Assembly (NCBI GenBank): GCA_002269645.1
Contig: NIVC01003237.1
Coordinates: forward strand, 1 to 64,000
Length of the DNA stretch: 64,000 nt
Direction of reading: 5' to 3'
DNA from: Macrostomum lignano
Lineage: Eukaryota
Shown piece after piece: positions 36,342-46,473 of the stretch. Both the position numbers and the translations under genes were made by a program. The notes below the pieces were generated by a model. That model was not told where the DNA came from, made no database searches, and saw only the letters and a list, made by a program, of their open reading frames with translations. Each line of letters starts with the position of its first letter. The first letter of the stretch is position 1.

Positions 36342-36402
<61 letters not shown>
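36342..36402. repeat. (CA)30 microsatellite, probably in the YTHDF 3'UTR
   Basis: Direct reading. Confidence 0.95.
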
Positions 36403-36404
<2 letters not shown>

Positions 36405-37172
36405 TCAGACATACACGGTGTCAACGGTGGGAAAAAGCGATAGCGTAAAAAATATTGTAATACGAAAAAGAAGAAACAGGCGCAAAACTGCTAGCAGTAG
36501 TAGTAGTAGCAGCGCGTCAACTAAAATTGGGTAGAAAAACAGAAAAAAAAACAAAAAATGGTTTTTTTGATCAGAAGCAAAAGATTTTTAATTTTCAGTT
36601 TTACACAGAGACGCGCGATTATGTGTAGATCATATTTATAAGGGTAATGCAGCATTGGCCCAAATCAATTGGGGCGCATGCGGACCCGCTGGGCTGAGAG
36701 TGTCCAACTTATCTAATTTCCGCTACGTTATGTTACTAACAGTAGTCTGTTGAGAAGTAACATAAATTTGTATAGATTGAAGGCGTTCTGCATGCGGCAA
36801 TCTTTATTCTGCTCCCACCAGGCCCAATATGCATATGAAAACAAATTAATGAGTGAAAAAAATAATAAGACAAACTATACGAACAACTTCTGATGAAAAA
36901 ATCAAAATATAACACAAAAGTACAGTTATATGAAGAGAAGAGTTCAACAATCAACAAATAGTTAATATAACTGGCATTACAAAATCACACACGCACACAC
37001 CTAGAGCTCAAAATAGGGACTGCACACTGCCAAATATTTGGTTTTAAACATTTTAGCAAAGAAGAAACCAATGTAAAGATTAACTTCCATAGTATCCTTA
37101 CTGATAGTAAGCAGTGCATTCAAATTAAAGATGATATTTAACAAAACTAGTACTAGTTCAAATTCAACATAA

Positions 37173-38765
37173 TTAAGAGGGCGAGTTGCCTTCCAGTTCG
37201 CGTTTCTCATAGTGACTAAAGTCGTCAAAGATGCTGGTACTGTGCCTATAGGACCTGATGATGCCGAGCACCTGGCGGCCCTGCTCAATAGGCACGTTTG
37301 TGCAGTCGCGAGAATTAGTCACCGGCTTGTTCTCGTTAGTTGCCACCCGGACGTGGCGCAATTGACTATTTGGCACGTCCTTAACGTAAATCCATTTGAT
37401 TTTGAACTCGCCAAGCCATTTATCCTGGCACCAGACGCCAGCATTTTTATTAACGTCAACCTGCGTTATCATCTGGGCTACGCCGCAGAAATGGCCGGAC
37501 CCGTTCACTGAGAACAGCAGATAGACTCGGCCGCCACGATTCGCTGTCCGACTGAAAGCGCCGTTGAGCACTTCGTTGCCGCGCTTTGTACTGCACCAAA
37601 TCGAATATTTAATAGCTCGATGAATATCGTCTTCGCTGTAGCTTTTAATAACGTAGAACTCTGAGTTGTCTGGCACGTCGTGCTTAGCCGGATTAATGTC
37701 CTGCTCAAGCTGGCGCAGCTGCTCCTCCGATGCAGCCGGCACGGGCTCCAGCGATTGCAACTGGCCACGATTGCCAGATGCTGGCTGCTGCTGCTGGTAT
37801 TGCGGCACGTAGCCCTGACCTGGAGCCATGGAAGCCGCATTGCCGCGAGCCGGCTGCTGCTGCTGTTTCCCAGCGGCGTGACCTACAGCCAGGCCGCCAG
37901 TGCCTTTGCCTAGCGCCTTCGGATTGCCAGCCTTGTTGCCAATAGCAACCGGCACGGCCACTGGCTCGCCGGGCGCCGAGCCGCCAGACGCCGGTTTTTG
38001 AGCACCGCCGCTGGGTCCGACAGGCGCCTGAGAGGCGGCAATTTTGGCCCAAGTTTTTGGAGCGGCGGCGCCGGCTGTCGACGTGCTCAAGGCTGGGAAG
38101 TCGACAGCTGAACTGTCGGATTGCTGCTGCTGCTGCTGCTGCTGTTGAACGCTAAGACCGGCGATGCCCTGCTCAAGGATCGCCATCGAGTCTGCCGTGC
38201 CGTTGTTAGCGGACTGCGCGCCGGCTACAGCGGAGGCGGCTGTAGCAGCGGGCTGGTGCGGCATCGGCGCGTAGCCAGCAGGAGCCGGCGGCGGCGGCGG
38301 CGGCGGATGCGCGTAGCCGGGCCACACAGTCAAGTCGCCACTCTCGAAGCTGTTAGCAGCCGCGGCGGCTGCGGCAGCTGCAACGGGATTCCACATGCCG
38401 CCACCGTATCCGGTCTGATGCGGCGAGGCCTGCATATAGCCTGGGTAGCCGTACGAGTTGCCCTGATAGTAGCCCTCGGGGCTGTACTGCTGCTGCTGGG
38501 CGTAGTCGGCCGCCGGAGCGCCGGTTGACCAAACGGATCCAACGTCGACGCCGATTTGGCCGCCAGAGTAAGCAAAATTCTGCATCAGATAGGGCGCCTG
38601 GTGTTGACTGTAGTCTCCCATGGCCTGGTTGTTTAGCATCCGTTCTGTTAGGTTCAAGTCTGCATGAATTTCATAAAAAGAGTTGCTTAGATGAGACAAA
38701 CCTTTGAAGCTTGACGGGATGGATGGAAGTCGGCTATGGTCTCCATTCGAACACCGCATAATCAA
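37173..38765 (-). CDS. YTHDF: YTH-domain family m6A reader (YTHDF-type); true 5' end uncertain
   Basis: P/Q/A/G-rich N-terminal region with WSTG motif, then YTH domain [28 protein letters not shown]...[19 protein letters not shown]...[12 protein letters not shown]...PVTNSRD...[12 protein letters not shown]; all three aromatic-cage Trp present. First 42 codons may be intronic (CTAACAG acceptor at 38645-38644; next ATG at 38639). Confidence 0.96.
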   Translation of the reverse strand: MIMRCSNGDHSRLPSIPSSFKGLSHLSNSFYEIHADLNLTERMLNNQAMGDYSQHQAPYLMQNFAYSGGQIGVDVGSVWSTGAPAADYAQQQQYSPEGYYQGNSYGYPGYMQASPHQTGYGGGMWNPVAAAAAAAAANSFESGDLTVWPGYAHPPPPPPPAPAGYAPMPHQPAATAASAVAGAQSANNGTADSMAILEQGIAGLSVQQQQQQQQQSDSSAVDFPALSTSTAGAAAPKTWAKIAASQAPVGPSGGAQKPASGGSAPGEPVAVPVAIGNKAGNPKALGKGTGGLAVGHAAGKQQQQPARGNAASMAPGQGYVPQYQQQQPASGNRGQLQSLEPVPAASEEQLRQLEQDINPAKHDVPDNSEFYVIKSYSEDDIHRAIKYSIWCSTKRGNEVLNGAFSRTANRGGRVYLLFSVNGSGHFCGVAQMITQVDVNKNAGVWCQDKWLGEFKIKWIYVKDVPNSQLRHVRVATNENKPVTNSRDCTNVPIEQGRQVLGIIRSYRHSTSIFDDFSHYEKRELEGNSPS

Positions 38766-41700
38766 GGACTACTAAATTCTACAGCAGCAAAATCTTATTG
38801 CTTATCTCACTCAGACAAACTTTGCTGGGAAAGTTTGCTATCAAAAAACAGCAATTATACATAGTCACTATCCTATTCTATAAAATTAGATTATTTATAA
38901 TTGATGCTGTCTCTTGCTAATAATGTTTTTTATATAACTAATTGCAAAGATGAATTTTTGTGAATAGTAGTATATAAGTAGGTGTATAATATACATAGAT
39001 ATGACCAATATACAAATTAGTATAAATAATTTATTGTCCATTGAAAACTATACAGTGTATATAGTAAATGCTATATGTAGGTCTATACATGTGCAATAGC
39101 CAGCTGGCTGGTGAGAGGCCAAGCCAAGGTAAATCACAAAAAATGCCTACCCAAAAATATAGATGTAACACTAGTTAGATGACAAGGCATCTAGCCTTAA
39201 GTCAAAGTTACTCCTATTGTTTACCCAAAATTATACTAATTTTTGCTTAGGTTCTTTTATAGGTAAGTCACATTTTTGGTCAAAGAGTAAGTTGCACTGC
39301 CAGTATAAATCAGGGGGGGTTGCACATGTATGTTGGTCTAGACCCAAAACTCTTACCCTATGCCTATGTGAACAATAAACCTAAAAATGTTGCTCTTTTA
39401 GAGTTAAGACCTAGGTCTTTTTAGTCAGTGATACTTGGGGCACGGAATGGCATATTTAAAAAACTAATTTAAATATTTAACAAAAAAGCCAAGCACATGA
39501 ATAAGATATAATCATTTATCACTTCTATTACTAGACATTAAAGGTAGTGAGAAACTAAAAATTGCCAATAATTTTTGGAATGTTTGGAAATCAAATCTTA
39601 ATAATTGAATATAGTATAGTTGAATTAATTTGATATGTTTATTCTTTCTGTAATAAGGGGCATAGGCCTCAATTTTTACTTCTTAGAGAGTTGCATTTTA
39701 AAAGATTACTATTGTTATATTACACAAATATTAAAAACATTTCTTATATTCAATATATTTTATATACTATATATCATTGTTTGTTTTAAAAAGTAATAGA
39801 AAAACTTTACTATAAAAGGAAGCCAGTTGAAAGCCAAGAAAAATAAACTTGTTTTCTTTTCCTTTTCTTGTTTAGTTTTTCAAAGCTTTTTTACTTTGTA
39901 TACTCTACTAGGTATTCTATTTGGAGACAAAAGTCAAATCAGCTTCAGGGCTTATAATTGCTCTCATGTTACTTATTTTGAGTAGTAGATAGCGACTTAA
40001 GAATAGCCCCAAGATTGGGAGAATTAAATCCATTCTCAAAGAATGAGATACCTAGATTTAGAATCTAAGAAATTGCTTTTAAAAGGCAGAAATCCTACCA
40101 TAGGATAGAATAGTCTAGTATCAAGTCTAAGAAACCTACCTCAAGGCAGAAAACCTAGTAAGTAAACTGTGAACCTCTGATCCTAGGAATGCCTAGGACT
40201 AAGAGAATAAAAATCCTTAGAGGAGTATAGGGATAGAGTAGACAGTGCCATAAGACTACTTAGGCTAGAAGTATAGTACATATACATATGCTACCACATA
40301 CATACCCAATACCCATTTGACCCATCCAAACTAGACAGGTGAAATGGCCACTGGCCAAGTAAGTTGCAAAATCAAAAATGCAAAAAAATGAAAAATTAGG
40401 GGAAGAAAGAAAGGAGATGAAGAGAAAGGAGAATAAAGGAAAGAGACAAGAGAGAGGGAAAAGAGGAGAGAGAAAGAGAAAGAGAGAAGAAAAGAGAAAA
40501 AGGCAAGAAAAGTCATATACAAAATGAAAATTAAGTCACAATCGGGGGAACTAAATTACAATTGAGAGGAACTAAGTCATAAATCTGGATAAAACTAAGT
40601 CGCACTGGATGGATAAAATTTTGAGGTTAGGCATGTATGTGCTACCAATAGATAAATTCATGCGCTACCAATAAAAGTATATAACTAACAGCAGTAAGAT
40701 CATTTCAAAGGATAGAAATTAGCCCTATTACAACTTTTGGTATCTGATCAGCAACAGAATAATTTAGATAGAAAGCAATTATTAGTACAAAACTTGGTGA
40801 CAGATTAGTTGTTTGGGTGACAAGATGTTTTGGTAACAGTTGTTTCTGTGACAAGCAAAAATCAGCAATAGCCATTTTGTTTTTAAATAGTAAAATTACT
40901 TGCAAATATTAAGGGATATCAAAACTTAAACTTTTTGTAATTTTCTGCAATCGTTGAATATTGTTTTGTTTATTTACAATTCGTAGTTGTGATCTTTTGA
41001 ATTTATATTTTTTCTAATCCTATTCCAATTGTGTCTAGTGAATATCTCTACTTTTCTCATAGTTAGCATTTTATGAAGATTCTCTATAGATTTATGGTTT
41101 CTATGTCTGAATGACTAAATATTCTAGGACAATTCAAAATTATCTGCACAGAAAGAAAACCATTAGTTTGGTTTCTTTTCCTACATATAATAATCTTTCA
41201 ATGGAAATTTTCAAATATGAATGAAATATAAATCTTAACAAAATAACTTCAAGCTGATATTATGAAGCATCTCCTGTCACTAAAATGACTAGTTAATGAA
41301 GACAAAGTCTTTTCGCCCCAGTGAGCTTTGGGGTTGGAATTTTATAATGCCTAGTGTTGTATAGATTATTTAAAGACTTTCAAGGCATTATTAACGCTGA
41401 TGCTCCTAATATTTTGTGTCGTGTCATATATAAAGTTAGCCTAATAGATAAAGTAGGGCGAGAGTTGTAAAATGTCTCTAATGTCAAATGATTTATAGGA
41501 AGGGAATAGGGATGTCGATTCCCCAGGGAATTATCTTATTGGGGACCCCGGTGAAAAGAAAAAAATAAGTAAAAACAACAGATAACTTAGATTGTAAGTG
41601 GAATTTTTTAAACTTTGATTTAAGCTTTGTACTACATGTTTAAGGCACAAGGGTAAAAACTTTAAACAATGTTTTTTAAAACTGTATTTGACAATGTGGC

Positions 41701-42983
41701 ATCACGAAATTGTGTGCGCACCTTTGTTGGAAAGGTGCATTTGTTAGAATGCATGCTAAACAGCTACGCTCGTGAGAGGATAATTAATGAATGAGACTGT
41801 TTTTATAATCAGAATTTTTATTTCTTGCAGATATATGTAAATCACCATTTTGTCCTTGTCTAATAGGGAGTATATGTATGACACCCCCCTATGCATCAGT
41901 GCCTGACGCAGGACGCAGCACTACGCCTGTGTCAAATGCGTCAAGCCGTCAATGCAGACCAACACAGTAGTCAGTAAGGCTTCTTTTTCCTGATGGGTTT
42001 CTTTTCTACATGCAATTTGCTTTATTGAATGATTAATAGTGAAAAAACAATCAAATGTGTGTTATGTTTGAAATACATGTAATATAAATAAGCAATTATG
42101 TGGTAAAAGAGCATAGACAGAGTTTCAATCAGCTTTCTGTGAATCAATTTCTTATTTTAATGGCAAAAATTAAGTTTCAAATGCATTTTTTAATATTTTT
42201 TCTCCCCAGGGTCCCCGGTTCAATTCCCCGGGGAGTATTCCCCGACAAGCTCCCCAGGGAGCACTCCCGGGGTCAACATCCCTAGAAGGGAAACTACGAG
42301 CATAAGTTCTGCAACACAAATACAAGTAGCTAAGCATTAATAGATGCACTGCACCGATAAAATGTAATGGAATTGCTTGAATCACCGACACCAAGACCCA
42401 TAAAACTGGAGAAACTGGCAGGATATAGCAGATACATCATACATGTAGGTCAGAATCAGAAGTGATAGGTAGGTGGGTCAAGTGATCATGGGTTCAACCT
42501 CAATTGTATTATTCCTTCTTAATCTTATGCAATTAATTGTACATTTGGTATGAAGTAACAGTAATTATCCTTGACCATGCTAGAGTAAAGACAAGTCAAA
42601 GTCAAGTTAATAAAAATAGACACACACAGTGTAACAATAACAATGGTTTAAAGCCATTTTTCTTGTCAATGTTTGTCTTTGTATATACATGTACATTGGG
42701 AAGACTTATCTGGACCCAATCCCTTCTTATTCTACATGTACACTATTTTGGGTATGGGGGTTAGAGTTGGGCCGTCTGACACCCCCCCTACCATAGTGGA
42801 CTGGAGAGAAGCACATGCTATCGCTATTGGCTAGCCTGTCATTCTCTTTCTCTTTACCTTTTGTCTTGTGTAGGGTACACTATGCAATGCACAAGGCCCA
42901 ACTTTCCACTAAAGGAAGGTTCATATAGTCCGCCTATGGGCCTCTCGCTTTCGCGTACACTCAAGGCCACTCACTCTCAACAC

Positions 42984-43279
42984 CATACATGCGCAACCTC
43001 CAAAATTCGGTCAGCCGTGCGACTTGGTTTTAACAAAAAATGCGACGTAGTTTTTGGCCAAAAATGCGACTTACCTGTGAAAGAAACCTTAAGCAAAATT
43101 AACGCAATTTTGGGTAAACGGCAGGAGTAACTATGACTGTCTTATAAGGGCTAAATGCCTCGTCATCTAATTAGTACTACATATGATTCTTTTGGGTGGG
43201 CATTTTTGCGACTTACCTTGGTTGGCCGCCAAATCGGTCGGCCGGATCGGCCGACTCGGCCGACTGTTGCGCATGTATG
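42984..43279. mobile_element. Intact 296-bp hAT-type MITE
   Basis: Perfect 14-bp TIRs CATACATGCGCAAC (42984-42997) / GTTGCGCATGTATG (43266-43279); identical 8-bp flanks CTCAACAC (42976-42983, 43280-43287); subterminal TGCGAC and TCGGCCG repeats. Confidence 0.92.
43112..43175 (+). pseudogene. 64-bp 28S rRNA fragment spanning the R2 retrotransposon / I-PpoI target region, embedded in the MITE
   Basis: GGGTAAACGGCAGGAGTAACTATGACTGTCTTATAAGGGCTAAATGCCTCGTCATCTAATTAGT versus conserved eukaryotic LSU GGGTAAACGGCGGGAGTAACTATGACTCTCTTAAGGTAGCCAAATGCCTCGTCATCTAATTAGT (reference recalled from memory). Confidence 0.9.
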
Positions 43280-44385
43280 CTCAACACCAACCACTAGAGG
43301 CTTGTTTTAAATAATCAATTGATAATATTAAATGTACACTTGAAAGCTTGCTTTGGATCCTAACAGAAGGGGGAGAAAGTGGCCAAGGCCACCACACCCC
43401 ACAAGGCAAGCAGGCCAGCCAGAGTGCGATAACGAATGACAAAAAATAGAAAAGTACAATTTACACTTCAACTTTCAATACAATAAATACAATAATAGGT
43501 ACAGTATTAATGACAGTGTATTTTCACACAAAGTAGCTACGTTCAAACCACCACCATGTAAACAGCTAAAATTTTACTGTTTTTGAAATTTTATAAAATT
43601 TAACACATCATTTTAGATATTGAAAACTTTTAAAGGAGGGTATTACTGTTGCATGTGACTATAAAATTGTGGTAGGTATAGCTGATGATGAAACTGGTGA
43701 TTGGTATCTAGCTTTTTTGATAACTTAGCCGGTTAGACCCCGAAATAGCTATTGTAATTTGTAACACTGGAGCCAAATATAAATACAATGGAGCAATTAG
43801 TTTCTCTCAAATCTGTCTCTGCCAGTGCCAGTTTAGTCCATAGTAAGTAACCAAAGTAAAATACCCATTAGTGAGTCCTGTTTCTAATGTTTATAAATAT
43901 TAAGCTTCAATTTACTTTTGGCACAGTATGCAATTTTGAAAATTCACCTTAACAACGGTTTGCACCAGTAGGAAAGCAACTATTTTGTTGTTGGAAATCG
44001 GATTAAGCAGTCAAAAGAGTGTATTTCTATGAAAAAATGTACTTTTTTTCCATTTTTTCAATTATTTAAATAGGTTTCGCTTTTTCAATAAAAAATCATC
44101 ACAGTACCTTAAAATACAGTTAGTTTGGAATTAAATGACGGTGTTGAATTGTTTCTTCCATATTCCAAAAATTATAAAGAGCACTTTTCCTCAAATCAGT
44201 TTGAGATCATGATTTTTAGTCTTTTATCGATAACTTTCTGATTTCAAATGTTTAAGAATTAAAAACTTCCACACTTGTGCATCTTTGAATTGCGTATCGA
44301 TTGGTGCATAGTATGTATGCTTAACTATTAGCAGTATAGAAAAAAATGCAAAAAACTGTAAAAGTACATTATCAATTTTTGCATT

Positions 44386-44676
44386 GGCTAGAGTTCTGGC
44401 ACCGGAACCCATTTTCTAACAGCTATGGATCCGGCAGTGGTATTCCAGTAGTGCAATTTATGGGTATGTATAATATAGCAGAAACATTTTACTTTTTTTA
44501 ACGGGTTGTTGATATTGGGATTTTGCTCAAGATAAGATCAAAACAAAACGATGAGATTCAAAACAAGATACTTCTAAGTTCTGATGTTCAAAGACTTCAT
44601 TAGTAGATAACTGCCTGCAAAAGACTGCCAGATCCATAGCCATTAGAAAACAGGTTCTGGTGCCAGAACTCTAGCC
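44386..44676. mobile_element. 291-bp MITE with 53-bp imperfect TIRs (possibly PIF/Harbinger-like)
   Basis: 44386-44438 GGCTAGAGTTCTGGCACCGGAACC... is the reverse complement of 44624-44676 with ~6 mismatches; flanks ATT/ATA (TSD imperfect). Confidence 0.7.
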
Positions 44677-45934
44677 ATAACCTTTATAAAGACATAATCT
44701 TAAGACAAACATTTTAACTGAAGCCTGTTCCTTTTTTCTACAATGAATCCATACAAAACTATACTTGTTAAATAGGGCCTAGATCAGATTCTTTTCTTTA
44801 AAATGACACCTCACTTGTGAAATTTGCTCTTGTAGTTTTGAAGTTAAAACAGTTTTTGTAAGATTTTTCTTGTCAATTTTTTGATGCACACATCTCATAT
44901 TATTATATTTGTCATAAGCCAGACCACCCAATGCGCTTCGCGCATTGGCTGGCTGTTTGTTTCTCATGCTTGGCACTTTGTGCCTCGCGCATTTGCTCCA
45001 CTCACCCCACAAGGGTTTGTGGGTTTTGCGGAGCTCACTGGGAACTAGGGCCTATACTTTCATTTATTTTTTTATCAAAACTATACACTTTTTGCAATTG
45101 TTCACTAAATTAGGATAAGCAAAATTGTTATTAGCAAATTACAAATTTATAAGTTTGGCAAGCAAATATTATAGACCTAATTCAAATCTTTATGGCAAAC
45201 TATAACAAGTGTTTATAACCCTATCTAATATCCTAGGTATTTATTATCATACTCTATATAGTCTATACAAGGTTTTACAAGGTATTTGTAAATATAGTGC
45301 TAAAAGAAAAGATTATATTAGAGTATCTATAATTAAATACTTAAATAATTAAATATTCGTTTAATTCCAACACCCACCCCCCACCACCCTTGAATAGAGG
45401 GCGAAATAATTCCGGAAATAATTAAACGAACGAAACTTGAAGATTGCCAATCATTTTTGTCTGTAAAAATCCAATTTAAAATCAACCCTGATGCTTAGCT
45501 CAATGCTGTCAGCTATTAGGAGCTATTGAAAAACAAAGTGCTACCATGGCTAAATCAGCACTACTTAAGTGACCAATATATAATATTCTAGCAACAGCAA
45601 GATGGTGCACTTTCATATACTGCAATAACCATATAGACCTTCCTGTGAGAAAATTTTGCTAATTACTAGCCAAAGTACTTCTGGTCATCTTAATCTACTG
45701 GAATATTATTTCTAAGTACAAGTAGAGCACAATGTGTTCATTCTTTAGAATGAGCAGCAATTATACAAAAGAAAAAGAAAATTCCGAAATGATTGTAATT
45801 TTGTGTAAATAAGTACTTTTTAAATTTTATTCAGAATCAGAAAATTAACAAATGCCACGAATGCAATTTAACAAATAGGAAAAATCAAAATGGTTTCTAG
45901 TCTATGGGCATGAAGTTTTTTCACCTTTTTTCAG

Positions 45935-46097
45935 TGCTTTATTTTAAGCTTTTTTTGCTTTATTTTATTAAATATGAATCATGAAATTTGTTATTCTGCA
46001 TAGATTCTCTTCATGTGAAGAAGAATGTTAAATTTGTCCAGGACACTTCCTAATTTATATTTAATAAAATAAAGCAAAAAAAGCTTAAAATAAAGCA
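45935..46097. repeat. Perfect 41-bp AT-rich inverted repeat with 81-bp spacer (fold-back/MITE-like)
   Basis: 45935-45975 is the exact reverse complement of 46057-46097. Confidence 0.85.
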
Positions 46098-46292
46098 GTT
46101 TACTGGTAGATTGTTAGGAATAAACAAATTTAATGCTTGTTCCTACGATTCGTACGACAGAAACTAAAGTGTCTGTAGAAGTGTCTGAATAAGTGTCGGC
46201 GAATGTTTCATACGTAACAACGACTCTATAAGAATCTGTCAAAAGTTAATTATTAATTAATAATTTTACTTAATACTATAAAGGTAATAGTA

Positions 46293-46473
46293 CAGTGGTC
46301 CTTGCGTCTAGTTTCATACACCAGTCAACCATTTTAGCATTTTAAATCATTAGTTTTGACCTGTTTGATTCAATAAAACGATTCAGGCTATGCTCGGCGC
46401 TCGCCTGTGCAAAATTTCGACGTTCTCCGACGTACATGTAAATTATCCGACGTACCCGAAGCAGGGACGACTG
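46293..46473. mobile_element. Possible Tc1/pogo-type MITE
   Basis: TA|CAGTGGTCCTTGC ... GCAGGGACGACTG|TA: 11 of 13 TIR match and TA flanks. Confidence 0.4.

Noticed and set aside
42200-42240. tRNA-like GGTTCAATTCCC motif
   Set aside because: T-stem does not pair and there is no D-arm, anticodon arm or A-box; at most a SINE or MITE remnant.
44928-45045. Helitron 3' end (hairpin plus CTAG)
   Set aside because: CTAG is not followed by T, hairpin spacing is atypical and no 5' TC terminus was identified.
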